64,000 nucleotides of DNA from Sphaerodactylus townsendi (Eukaryota). Shown here in pieces: positions 25,711 to 39,355 of the stretch. Made by a program: the position numbers and the translations under genes. The first letter of the stretch is position 1, and each line of letters starts with the position of its first letter. Under the pieces are notes generated by a model. That model had not been told where the DNA came from and did not search any database. It was given only the letters and a program-made list of their open reading frames with translations. The stretch spans positions 178,994,001 through 179,058,000 of the forward strand of contig NC_059426.1 of NCBI RefSeq assembly GCF_021028975.2, written 5' to 3'.

Positions 25711-27031
25711 ATCAAAGGCTTGGATCACACTGGGCTCTGGCAGGGTTATTCCCAGGGTCACAGGACTTGCATGGAGTGACAGCCAGGTGGATCAGGAAGC
25801 TGCCCTACAGGCATCACTGTTGCCACCAGCCTCTTCCGTCTGCTGTACCAGATCCAACTGGCTGCTGTGGGTTTTCCGGTATGTGCGGCCAGGGTCTGGT
25901 AGTTTTTGCTCCTAACGTATCACCGCACCTGCAACTGACATCTGTGCCATGGAGGGAAGCACACCTCAAACTCCAATTACATCTGTTCCACTCTGGCTGT
26001 TTTTTACAGATAAAGATATTATACATATATTCTTCTATTTGTGTTATTTTTTATATATGTGTACATACACCGTTCTATTTACATTATATTTGCTTCAACC
26101 CCTATGGATAAGACTCGTTCTCAACTTTTTTTGTTGTCCATGGGGGGGGTTACAAATGAACTCAAGTTATCTGAAATGCGGAACTCAGTATAAATACAAA
26201 GATTTTTCACATCCCACAAATAAATGTCCAATTTCATCGAGGTCTGTATCAATACACAGTTCATCAAATTGCATCCATATTTCACAAACGTCCGTACAGG
26301 TAAGTGTTCTTCAATCCACAACAACAGAAACTTCATAAACTTCCATGTAGGTAAGTATGAAATGTTCAGTCCATACTAGCATAAATGTGATAAACTTGTT
26401 AAACTCCCACACAGGTAAGTATTAAATCCAAGACAACTTTTAAATTCCAAGTTAAGGCAAACTGAGACTTCCATGTAGGTAAGTATTAAATGTTCAGTCC
26501 ATAATAGCATAAATTTGAGGGAAACACACCTCGCCGTGACATGCCTCTGAAGATGCCAGTCGTAGACGTAGGGGAAACATTACGAGAACAGCCTTGCAGC
26601 CTGGAAACCCGGCAACAGCCTGTCACTTTTTTTCTCTCCCCAGCCCAGAATCACCTTAGACTTTGTTTATTTGCTGACAAGGCCATGCAGACCAATACTT
26701 ACGTGCCCCTGCCTGCACAGCGTGGTGTAGTGATTAAAAGCAGGTGCATTCTTATCTGGAGATCGGGGTTTGATTCCCTGCTCTGCCACTTGAGTGTGGA
26801 GGCTTATCTGGTGAAGCTGGGTGACCTTGGGCTAATCACAGTTCTTCAGAGCTCTCTCAGCCCCACCCACCTCACAGGGTGTTTGTTGTGGGAGGGAGGG
26901 AAAGGAGATTGTAAACCCCTTTGAGTCTCTTTACAGGAAAGAAAGGAGGGATATAAATCCAAACTCTTCTTCTTCTTTACAGTCCTTAAAAGATCCTGCC
27001 GTTCAAATCCGCTCAGGCAGACCTCATAGCC

Positions 27032-27505
27032 CAGTGATAGTGAACCTTTTTGAGACCGAGGGCCCAAATTGCAACCCAAAACCCACTTATTTATCGCAAA
27101 GTGCCAACACGGCAATTTAACCTGAATACTGAGGTGTGCGTTACTCAGGAGTAAGCTTGGTGGTAGTTGGTGGCTTTGCTTTGAAGCAACCGTGCAGCTC
27201 TTCCAATGGGTGAATCACGACCCTAGGAGGGTTTACTCAGAAGCAAGCCCCATTGCCAGCAACCGAGCTTACTCCCAGGTAAAGGACTGCACTTTAGTTC
27301 TTTGCATGAAAATCAGTGGGGTTTAACAGCGCTTAACAGGGTTACCTGCACTGCTTCCCCAAAACTAGATCTTAGGTTTAATGCTAATAATTGAGGCCAG
27401 TGGCCCAGGCCAGCCTAGATGTGGGGGGCACTCTGTTTTCGTGTGCCCACAGAGAGGGCTCTGAGTGCCACCTCTGGCACCCGTGCCATAGGTTCACCAC
27501 CACTG
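27032..27505 (+). mobile_element. hAT MITE family A
   Basis: Homologous to 15530-16036; TSD tcatagcc/tcacagcc. Confidence 0.85.
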
Positions 27506-28059
27506 TCACAGCCCCTCTTGAATCTCTCCAAGGAGCACCCCCCTCCCCTTTCATGATAGAAAAGGCCCCGGCTTTGGTCAACACCAGACAGGCCCGGCAG
27601 CCAACAGAGAGCTGCCTGCCTGGCAGGAACAGTGGAGCACAAGCAGCATAAGGTCGGAGAGGGTCCCACACTGCAGGGCTGGTGCTCTTGCAGATCTACT
27701 GTGCTTGTCTGAATCTGACCACCTGCCAAGTTGCAGAGAAGCAGCAGAAACGTTTTCCGGTTAATGCTGCACCTGCTCTGCACCCCCCCCCCCTTCCCAA
27801 GAATGAGCCCTCCTGTCTGGAACAGTTTGACTCTGGGTTAGTAGTTGTGGCGGGACAGTGAACTCTCAGGCGAGGCGATGAACGTGTTGAGGAGGGGGGG
27901 ATGTGAGAAGTGAACAGCAGCTTTTGCAAGCATCCTTTGAGGCCACAGCTCAGAAGGTGCAATGCTCCTCCCTGGACTACTTTGCATGGGTGTTGTGAGA
28001 TCTTCTGCGGAAAGGTTCGCAAAGGATCTCACAACACCCCTGCAAGGTAGTCCAGGGAG

Positions 28060-28480
28060 GGGAGCCGGCTGCCCGCTCACCTGGTACTTGGTGCCGGGGC
28101 GGTCGCGGGCGGTGCTGATCAGGAGCCAGACGCCGCCGCCGCCGCCGCCCGGCCCTCCAGACGGCCTCCCCAGCGAGAGCAGCGCCCGGGCAGCCCGCCC
28201 CGGCGCCCGCAGCCCCGCCGACGGCAGCAGCCGGCTCACCACCGACGCCTCGCACGGCAGCCGCATCGCCAGGCTCCGCCGGCAGCGCTTCCCGCCTTCT
28301 GCGCGCGCAACGCGGCCAGGGCGGAAGAAGGGCGCTCTCCCGCCGCACGTCTGCGCATGCTCGAGAAGAGGAAAGCCGCCCTCCGCCTGCCTCCCGTCCT
28401 TCCATGCAATTCAGGGGCGGTCGGAGGAGAAAGCAGCAGGCGAACGGCCAAGACACCCTCGTAACTCCCGCAGGCCCCCA
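28060..28480 (-). promoter_or_regulatory. LRR1 CpG-island promoter
   Basis: CpG-rich; NRF1-like tgcgcatgc ~28352, GC box ggggcgg ~28414. Confidence 0.7.
28081..28266 (-). CDS. LRR1: Leucine-rich repeat protein 1 (CRL2 substrate receptor), exon 1
   Basis: MRLPCEASVVSRLLPSAGLRAPGRAARALLSLG...VWLLISTARDRPGTKYQ; donor CAG|gtgagc; 186 nt within a CpG island. Confidence 0.93.
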
Positions 28481-28677
28481 GTAGAGGAAGCCAAAAACAA
28501 CAACAACAATAATGTCAGCCATTCATAAAACATAAAACCAGGTCCTGAAAGACAGTATTGAGATGGCAAAAAGCCCCCCCTCCCCCCCCAAAAAAAGATT
28601 AAAGGAGGTGGGCTTAGTGCACAAGTGTTTAAAAGATTTTGAAATTACGTTTACATTAAATGTATAAATTTAAATTG

Positions 28678-29445
28678 TAGGACTACAGCTACTGTTGCAC
28701 TCAGGCTATAACTAATTTTTCAAATACGTATATGAGTTTATATCATTGTTCATATTTTTTATATTTCATTAGTTATAAATACAATCATTTCTTGTCAACA
28801 ACATCCAACAGGTAAGTTCAACTTATTTTTAACAATTATAACAGATAGATTCAGGGTCATCAGTATTAATTCAGGTAAGTATTTTGTTCATACTCTCCCA
28901 TCAGTTCAACATCCATAAGGTAAGTATTCAATCAATGCGAAAACATGTATATACATAAATATATTCAGTCCATCTTGGTTCATCAACATTTTATATAAAT
29001 TAGGCACAATGTGTTTTCCTCTTTGTGTTTAAAAGAATTTGGACTTATGCCTGTGCACAATTTTGGACTGATTATTGAATACGTACAGAATACTTACCTG
29101 AGTGGATTTATATAAAATGTTGATGAACAAGATGGACTGAATATATATTTATTTATGTATATACATGTTTTCGCATTGATTGAATACTTACCTTATGGAT
29201 GTTGAACTGATGGGAGAGTATGAACTAAATACTTACCTGAATTAATATGGATGACCCTGAATCTATCTGTTATAATTAATAAAAATAAGTTGAACTTACC
29301 TGTTGGATGTTGTTGACAAGAAATGATTGTATTTATAACTAATGAAATATAAAAAAAATATGAACAATGATATAAACTCATGCATATAGATATACGTATT
29401 TGAAAAATTAGTTATAGCCTGAGTGCAACAGTAGGTGTAGTCCTA
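28678..29445. repeat. Long AT-rich inverted repeat (arms 28678-29000 and 29106-29445)
   Basis: Arms are near-perfect reverse complements with a few small indels; ~105-nt spacer; flanked by direct repeat taaatttaaattgt. Confidence 0.9.
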
Positions 29446-31664
29446 TTATTAAATTTAAATTGTTACATGGCTCTGTAAATGTTGGAAACCACCCAGAATC
29501 TACACTGGGAGGGGCGGTGGATAAACCTTGTGCAGTCCCATGCAGGGTTCAGTTATTTCTGTGAAACCAATATTTATGTATTAGGAATAAATCAAGGTAG
29601 GGAGAGCTCTCCCTTTAAGCATTGTGGGAAATGTAGTTTTAGAGTCACCTGTTTGGCATTCAGCTTTGTGATTTGCTAGATCAGAGCCTGTCCAGGGCAG
29701 AGCTGGGTAAGGCCAGGAAAAAGTTTATTATTCTTTTTCCTTGGAGTAGAGATCGAGGAGACTTTAATGGGATGTGGGGAGCAATAAGAGGAGTAAGAAC
29801 CAGTGATGGGATCAAAAAGGGTACAATAACAGGTTCGATGGTGGTGGGATTCAAACAGTGGCAGCTGCACAATCCCCTATTGGGCAGGGAGGTTGCTAGT
29901 AACCCCTTCTCGGCACTCAGAAAAAATTAGTAACCACTTCTAGAGAAGTGGTGAGAACTGGTTGGATCCCACCTCTGGGTAGAACCAGTTATTAATTCTG
30001 TTCAACGTAACTTCACGTAAGTCCACATAAATCATTCAGTTCAAGGAGCAGCAGTCAAAATGTCAGTCAATGTTAATTGCATAATTTCGCTGAATCTTCT
30101 CTTTGATCTGAAATAATGTGTGGAACTCTTGTTGACTCAGACCAGAAGAGAAGGGCTGAAGACCAATCTCTTTCAAGACGGCTCAGTGAAAAAAGGGACT
30201 TATGAACAGCAACATTCCGCCTCTCTCTGCTATACCACCCTGGGAAGCACCTTTGCATGAAAACAAATGGTTGCATGAGCAGAAAAACACCCCCCCCCCT
30301 TCCAGCCAATCCCCTGCCATGCAGGAACTCACAATGTTACCGACCAGGAAAATAGCCAAAATATTTTCCTGAGTCGAGTTACCTAACTACACTGGCTCCA
30401 GGTCAGGACACAGAGACCTGTGTGGTTCAGAAGCCTCCATAAGGCTTGCAAGGGGCCCGTATGATTGTGCCAATGTTCTACATGGTTTCCCTCTTGCCTT
30501 TGCCTTTTAGGATATAATGAAAGCCCTTTAGTGCTGAATTAGGCTATTGCCACATTGTCTAGGTTATATTTTACCTAGGTTTTCCAATTGATTTAAGGTT
30601 TTGTTATTGTTAATTTAGGATATTCTTGCCTATAAGTATATGTGCTTGTACTCTTTAAAGTTTTCTTTAATGTTTAAGTTTAGAAATGTTATGTTTGATA
30701 TTTGTGTCTGTTAGCAAAAGCAATAGCCTGTAGAAGCTGATATTAAGGGACAAGGAGGTTAACCTTGGAATCCAGCTTAGACCAACACCTTGACTCCTTA
30801 AATCTGTCAAAGACCCTTTTTTGGTTTTACTGCAAAATCAAATCTGATGACAGCAGCCAAGATGTCCCAGCGTTGAAGCGTGTCAGGACTACCATTGGAC
30901 AGTTTGAGACTTTCTTTGTTGCAGAACTTTGGGAGCACAGAGTGCTTTTGTTGATGTTTCTTTATTGGTGTTGGTAAAGGGACCGCCTTGCCACCTGCCC
31001 TTTGCCCTAATATTAATCAGTAGCGAGCTGGAAATCACTTGTATTTACACCTGAGCAGCAGCAGTAACAGCAATCAAAAGCACTTCTGACAGGCTGCGGT
31101 AGGCTGCCCACGAAGCTTATAATGAGAAACGGCAGCAAATAAAGCCCAGGAAACAAAATGCTTCAGCTTGAATTGCCTAAAATAAAGCAGCCAGACACCC
31201 GGCGTGCAGGAGGCATATCTAGGAAAATGTAGCCTGGTGCAAATCTGGAGCCCCAGGCCCCCCGCGACCAAACAGACTTTTTTTTTTGCACCAGGGCATC
31301 TCAAGGAGGGGAGCGATTTTCCACCCCCCACGTGACTGAAAGACGCTCCACACAAGAGGGGCCGCCACTACTGAAAAAGCTCTGTCTGTGGCTTTCACCG
31401 GCCTCACCACTGTGGTCTTTCTGCCAATGGCTGTGATTCTCATGCACAAAGATCATGCTCCAGGTCTTGACATGCCTGAAGTGGACAGGTCTTGACATGC
31501 CTGGATTGGCCGGAGTCTGGAACAGCATCCAGATGAAATGGAGACTTTTTGTTTGACTGAAAACACTTTAAATCTCGCGCTCGCAGCTCTCGGTCAGTAG
31601 CCGTGCCACCCTGGTGCTGCTCTTGGCCCCATTTTAAACAACTCTGTAGCATAATGGGGGATTA

Positions 31665-32377
31665 AGTTTTCTTGAGGGACTGGAGCACCTTCCTTATGAG
31701 GAGAGGCTGCAGCGTTTGGGACTCTTTAGTTTGGAGAGGAGGCGTCTGAGGGGGGATATTATTGAAGTCTATAAAATTATGCACGGGGTAGAAAATGTTG
31801 ACCAGAGAGAAATTTTTCTCTCTTACCCACAATACACTAGAACCAGGGGGCATCCATTTAGAAAATGCTGGGGGGGAAAGAATTGGGACTAAATCGAAAA
31901 GAGAACACTTCTTCCGCTTAGCGTGTGATTGGTGTTTTGGAATCTGCACTGCTTACACAGGAATTGGTGATGGCCCCTCCACCTGGATAGCTTTAAAAGG
32001 GAGCTTGGGAAGATTTATGGAGGAGAAGTTGATCTTTATGGCTACCAATCTTGATCCTCTTTGATCTGAGATTGCAAAATGCCTTTGCAGACCAGGTGCT
32101 CGAGGGGAAAAGCAGCGGGAGGAGCCATTGCTTTCACATCCCTGCATGTGAGCTCCCAAAGGCACCTAAAGAGACCCTGCAGTAGCAGAGCTGGACTGAA
32201 TGGACTCTGGTCTGATCCAGCAGGGCTCTTCCTTATGTTCTTGAAGAGCCATTGCTTTCACATCCTGCATGTGACCTCCCAAAGAGCACCCTGAAGAGAC
32301 CCTCGCGAGAGTAACAGAGAGAGCTGTGAACTAGATGGACTCTGGTCTGATCCAGCTGAAAGCTTGTTCTTATGTTC
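31665..32377 (+). mobile_element. CR1 LINE 3' fragment with duplicated tail
   Basis: Homologous to the other CR1 3' ends; noisy sequence. Confidence 0.8.
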
Positions 32378-33499
32378 TGTAAGTGGGCTTCTGCAAAGAT
32401 ACAGCGGTGGGACCCTCCTATAGTAGGGGTGGGACCCTCCAGGACACTGCACAAACAAAAGTGTGAGGACCTTAATTTGGCACAAATAGCTGAATCCGGC
32501 CTTATTAGTTCCCCAAATTTGAAGCATATCTGTCAAGCCACACATTTCAAGCAGGGAAATCCGAAACTAGTCATTTGCTTTGCTTTTGCATCTTCTGCGC
32601 AATCCAGCAGGCAAGAAGAGCATGACAGTTTCAAAGTCACAGCCGACAAAGAGTGACGCTACTCTCAAAAATGTATATTCCAAAGATCCTGCTTGTGTTT
32701 GTGGTCCTTTTGCTAAAAAATGTCCCTGGAGCGCAACAGGGTTTAAAGCTAGAAAACAGCCTTCCAGTATCACATGCAAAGTCAATTGCTGGATCAGACC
32801 AGTCTCTACTTTTGCAGCTCTTCTGGGTGAGATTTGGGAGAATTTATTATTCCCACACGTTTTGGCCTCTGCTTCTGGGATCGTTTGCTCTGCAGAACAA
32901 GAATTTGTTCCCCCGTTTGTCAGCCAGTCATAGTGCGTGAGAACCACAAGGCATGACTTCAGCCTAATTCCTTTGCAGCGACAAGTCTCAGGTTTACTGA
33001 GCTCGGTGTGGGCAGCAAATGCACAGAAGTCTGATTCCCTCGCAGCTGCGCACTTCGGACCATCGTTGCCAGGCTCTCTCCCGTCTGATCCCTGCTGGCG
33101 GCCGGCGGGAGTGTGTGTGCTGCGTGCGGCAGTGGCGCGCTTCCTCCAGGAGGGAGCAGCAGAGAGGCCAGCATTGCAGCGGGGGGCCGGGACTTGGCTC
33201 CCTTGATTCCTGAGCGGCGCCTTCGCCATGCGATGCTCTGGCCTGACTCCTGCTGGCGGCCGGCGGGAGTGCGGGCGGGGAGTGCGGCAGTGGCGCGCTT
33301 CCACCAGGAGGGGGCGGCCGAGAGGCGAGGCAGGCAGCCTTGGTTTTCCCACGGGGGGTATGATCCTGGAGCGGTGGGCTGCGCCTGGGGCGGCTGTTGC
33401 AATGGGAGCTGTCTATTGCAATGGGGGGCTTCGGCTGCAGGCGCTCAGTGGAGCTCGTCCCGGCACCGGCCTGCCCTGCGGGGGGGTCGCAGCAGCAGC

Positions 33500-34406
<907 letters not shown>

Positions 34407-34539
34407 CCCACCCACGGAAGAGGACCGCTGACCACGGGGGAGCCGCCCCGCCCCGGAGACCCTGGTGGGGGGGGATGGATGCGCTTAGGGGAGGGGGCCT
34501 GGCTTCCCCCCCCCCCCGCACACGCTTTGGTGTACATAA

Positions 34540-34545
34540 AATAAA
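34540..34545 (+). promoter_or_regulatory. RPS29 polyadenylation signal
   Basis: AATAAA ~135 nt after the stop, preceded by TGTA. Confidence 0.65.
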
Positions 34546-36002
34546 GAGGTTGTGAGCGAGGCGCTGGTCTCTGGATTCTTGGGGGGGGGCGGGCAGAGGG
34601 CGGTGGGGGTCCCGTGGCAGCAATGCCCAAATGAGGGAGGGTAAGCAGAGGCTTTCTCCCCCTGGACCCTCCTCCCACACTTGGCTGCCTTCGCCCCAGG
34701 TAGGGACCCCACTTCTCCAAGGGGCACCTTTTAAAACAACCGGAGAGAGGAGGGAGGTTGCAGCTGGAGCACCCCGGAGGTGCTCTCAGGCACAAGGAAG
34801 CCATTCCTTCTCTCCGGAAGGCATTGCAATTTGTGAATGGCTGGGAAATCATTTTGCGACAAAGAAGCGCACATGAAATGTGACCAGTGTACGAGCGCAT
34901 AGTTAAAAGCAGACAAGGAATCTCTGCAGTGAAATAAATAGATGTGTCTGTGTCACAGATCCCGGTCAGCAGGCAGATACACAGAGTTGATAAGCTTCTT
35001 CCGGAAACCAAGGCCCTGTGTCTGTGTGGGGAATTCATCATTTGGAAGAGGCACTTGGGACTTAGATGCAGCCCACACAGATCGACCCCTTTCCCCAATG
35101 TATTCTTGCACTCCCTGCAAATATTTGCAGGGAAGATGTTTTGGTACCCAGTTCTCTGTTGCCATCCTCTGATTAAATCAAGGATCTCAGTTTATGCTTT
35201 CATGCAGGCAGGCATGGTGGCTTACGACTGGAATTCCACAGTAGGAGGCTAGGCTGCACTAACCTCCTCCGAACTCTCTTGATATGGAGACTCCCAGAGA
35301 GTCAAGGGCCACCAGGCCGCCTGGAAAGGGGTGAACCAGCTCAGGCTGGGCACAGAGTAGGCACCAATGAGGGGCCACAGCAGTCTGACTTGGGCCACAA
35401 AGTGAGGCTCATCATCTCTGTCTAATGCGTTTACTGTGACTCTGAACACATGTAAAGAATAGTCATAAACACCTAAACATCAGGAAACACTTCTGACAGT
35501 CAGGGCTGTTGGACAGTGGAATGCACGACCTCAGAGTAAGCAGAGTGGTGGAGTCTCCTCCTTTGGAGGTTTTTAAAGAGAGGCTGGGTGGCCATCTGCC
35601 AGGAGTGTTTTGATTGTGCGTTCCTGCATGGCAGGGGGTTGGACTGGATGGCCCCTTGGGGTCTCTTCCAACTCTGTGATTCTGTAACTAGAAAACCACA
35701 CACTAAATAATGGCTCCAGATTAGAGTCCACCACTCATGTGAATCAAACCCAGTTCTCCAGATTAGAATCCACCACTCTTAACCACCAAAAATGGATGTT
35801 AAGACTGAATGGCAGCTGTCCCCAGGGGCTGGAGCTAACTTGGTTTATTCAGAGGTTTGGTAAGAGAATGCAAAGGAAGGTTAAAGAGTTTTCCTGGGTT
35901 TTTCCTTGTGGTAAACTGATTAGCCTAAGTGGCAAATGGTCAAAAGATGTTTGTGTCTAGCACTATCTATTGGACTTTATTTTAAAAAATGATCTGCACT
36001 TA

Positions 36003-36234
36003 CCGTGTTTCCCCGAAAATAAGACAGTGTCTTATATTAATTTTTGCTCCCAAAGATGCGCTATGTCTTATTTTCAGGGGATGTCTTATTTTTCTGTGTT
36101 CTGTTCGTCGGGCATGCTTCCAAACAAAAACTTTGCTACATCTTACTTTCGGGGGATGCCTTATATTTCGCACTTCAGCAAAACCTCTACTACGTCTTAT
36201 TTTCTGGGGATGTCTTATATTCGGGGAAACAGGG
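36003..36234 (+). mobile_element. Tc1/mariner (pogo/Tigger-type) MITE
   Basis: TIR CCGTGTTTCCCCGAAAATAAGACA with TA flanks; reverse copy at ~14470-14742. Confidence 0.78.
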
Positions 36235-37699
36235 TATCTTGCAACTAAAGTGAGAAGGAAACCATTACACTTCTACTTCTAAATGAACTCTTTTTCTACT
36301 TTAAGAAAAAACAGCTGTTTTATTTTGTGGAAAGGATCCTTTTATACTTCAGAGTCACCCCCATGAACTGACCACTGTGTCCTTTTACCTCAAATAACTC
36401 ATGTTCTTTGGGTTCAGCTAAGAATTCTAAGGCAAGATCCTTGGGGGGCCGTGAAAATTAGGAGGAAATGCTAAGGAGGCATCATAACAGACGTGCTATT
36501 TGAGAGAATTGCAGAGAGGTTCCAATCCAAGGAATCCCAAAAGGGGACCCGTTCTACTCCCCTCTTCAAGCTCTGCTGTCCCCAAGTGCCACTCTCAACT
36601 CTGGCTGATGAGATCCCTGGAGATTTGGGGGTGGGGGCTGGGAAGGGTAGAGTTTGGGGAGGGAACATGGCAGGATTTGATGCAAAGTCCATCCTCTGAA
36701 GATTCCATTTCCCCCCCCAGAGGAACTAATCTTTATAGTCTGGAGATAAGTTGTAAGTCTGGCCGATGTCGAGGCCTCACCTGGAAGGTGGCAACTCTTC
36801 TTCCGCTCCATCTCTAACTTTAGGCATATTTGTCCCTTTTAGGGCCCTTAATTTCATTCCAGCATAAGCTGTAGTGGACTAGAATCCACATCATAAGGTA
36901 CACAAAAGTGGGCCCACGCTAGGCGGACATGCACATACAAGGTTATTCTTTTCAGTGATCCTGTAAGCCATTCAGACACCTTTTGTGCAGAAACAGCAGG
37001 GTCAAAGAGTCAGCAGGAAGCTCAGGGTGATGCATTCACAGAGAAGCCCAGAGAAACTTCTTCTAATGGGAGGTATTTCCCCTCACATAGTCAGACAGCC
37101 ACATTGTCTCTTGCAACCCATGGAACTGCCCAAACTGCTGCTCCTGCACAGTGGCGAAGTTCCCGGGGGACGGGGACGGGACGCACTGGGCGCACAGATT
37201 TGGGTCATGTGTGGAGTGCAAAATCCCCCCTCCCCCGAGCCCCCCCCCCACACTTTAGGAAACGGAGCAGGCTGCAGAACAGGCCTGCCTGTTCTGGTGG
37301 GAACTACATTTCCCAAGAGATCCAGGGAAATGTAGTCCCCACGAGAACCGGCCTCCAGCCTGTTCGGTTTCCTAAAGTAAGTGGTGCGTGGGGGGGTGTG
37401 CCGTCGGGGGGGCGAAAAAGCCAGAGTGCGCACCGGGCGTTCTCTGGCCCAGCTACGGCTCTGCTCCTGCAAGATGCCCCCTCCCATAAAAACACCCCCA
37501 AAACAGCATGAGGGGGAAGCGAATGACAGGTATTCCCCCTCCTGTTCATGGAAATCATAGGTGGGATCTGATCACAATGCTAATTCCACAGCAACTGAAA
37601 CAAAATGTCTACCTGAGACGCAACCTTTCTTGGCTGACTCATCAGCTGTTGGGAATGATCCGCGGCCACATGATGATTGTTAAAGGTTGATCTGTGGCA

Positions 37700-38630
37700 A
37701 AAGCTCTGACCATTCATACGTTTTCTCTATATGAATTGGTTGGTCATTACGATCTGTCCTGTGACTGAAGTTCTGACTTACCCCAGGCAATTATGTGGTT
37801 TTCCCCCTATAGCAGTGGTGGCGGACCTATGGCACGGGTGCCAGAGGTGGCACTCAAGAGCCCTCTCTGTGGGCACGCATGCACAGAGTTCATCATGGTT
37901 TTTTTTAATAATCGCCCCACACACATCTCGGCTGACCTGGGCCGCTGGGCACGACGTGTAGGTAACCCTGTTCAGTGCTGTTAAACCCCACTGATTTTCA
38001 TGGGAAGAACTAAAGCGCAATCCATTACCAGGGAGTAAGCTCGGTTGCTGGCAATGGGGCTTGTTTCTAAACCCTCCTAGGGTCGTGATTCACCCGTTTG
38101 AAGCGTTGCACAGTTGCTTCAAAGCACAGCCACCGACTACCACCAAGCTTACTCCCAAGTAATACGCGCCTTGGAGCCAACTGTTTTTTCTAAACTAAAA
38201 CCTCAGTATTCAGGTTAAATTACTGTGTTGGCCCTTTGCGATAAATAAGTGGGGTTTGGGTTGCAGTTTGGGCACTCGGTCTCGAAAAGGTTCACCATCA
38301 CGGCCCTATAGTATCTCTAGTGTGAGGTTGGATTGGTACTTTCATTGACACTCCTTCCACACATGGAGCACTTATAGTTTAAGTCCATATGGGATCTCCA
38401 CTGAGCTTTGAGGCATTTTCCTTCTGTGCTCTTTTTCTTGCTGGATGGAGATTTCACGAGGTGACTCTGTCCTTCTCCAAGTAACTCTTTCCCTCTTCTC
38501 CAGGGAGTCGCCCTCTTGTTTTGTAGCCCTCTGTGACCGCACTCATTCTTTCTCAGCTCTTCATGCTTGCTTCGTTTTGCTAACATGCCACCTGTTTTCG
38601 TCTCATTCGCACACTCCCATCCACCACCTC
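37700..38630 (-). pseudogene. Decayed C2H2 zinc-finger terminal exon, interrupted by a hAT MITE
   Basis: Acceptor tttcttcatttcag|GA. Open linker ends YKCSMCGRSVNESTNPTSH* (38317). Beyond the MITE (37813-38303) it resumes with GGKPHNCLG* and, in another frame, QNFSHRTDRNDQPIHIEKTYEWSE. Confidence 0.7.
37813..38303 (-). mobile_element. hAT MITE family A
   Basis: Reverse copy; perfect TSD CCCTATAG. Confidence 0.88.
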
Positions 38631-38835
38631 CTGAAATGAAGAAAGCAACCTGTTAAGGGTCTTAGGGAGGAATAAAATAATCTTAAATGAGAACAGGACC
38701 TCTACCAGATCAGACCAGTAAAGGTCCATCTAGTCCAGCCCACCAGTTCCTCTGAAGGGGACCATAAAGGCCGAGGCCTTCATTAGAATATAAGAAGAGT
38801 TCTGCTGTATCAGAGCAGGGCTAGTCCATCTAGTC

Positions 38836-39355
38836 CAGTGGTGGTGAACCTATGGCACGGGTGCCAGAGGTGGCACTCAGAGCCATCTCTGTGGGCACAC
38901 GCAAACAGATTTGTCCCCACACACACATACACATCTAGGTTGGCCTGGGCCGCTGGGCTTGATTATTAGCATTAAACCTAAGACCTAGTTTTGGGGAAGC
39001 AGAATAGGTAACCCTACAGTGTAGCACTGTTAAACCCCACTGATTTTCATGCAAAGAACTAAAGCGCGATCCTTTACCGGGGAGTAAGCTTGGCTGCTGG
39101 CAATGGGGCTTGCTTCTGAGTAAACCCTCCTAGGGTTGTGATTCACCCATTCGAAGAGTTGCACGGTTGCTTCAAAGCAAAGCCACTGACTACCACCAAG
39201 CTTACTCCAGAGTAACGCGTACCTCGGAGCCAACCTTTTTTCTAAACTAAAACCTCAGTATTCAGGTTTAAATGCCATGTTGGCACTTTGCGATAAATAA
39301 GTGGGTTTTGGGTTGCAACTTGGGCACTCGGTCTCGAGAAGGTTCGCTATCAGTG
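38836..39355 (-). mobile_element. hAT MITE family A
   Basis: Reverse copy; perfect TSD ATCTAGTC; nested in a CR1 tail. Confidence 0.88.

Noticed and set aside
26200-26520. CRISPR-like periodicity
   Set aside because: Vertebrate DNA, degenerate units with repeated 'spacers', and no cas genes.
32567-33352. 261-aa - strand ORF downstream of 7SL
   Set aside because: Half of it is the GC-rich direct repeat; no recognisable motif or convincing splice structure.
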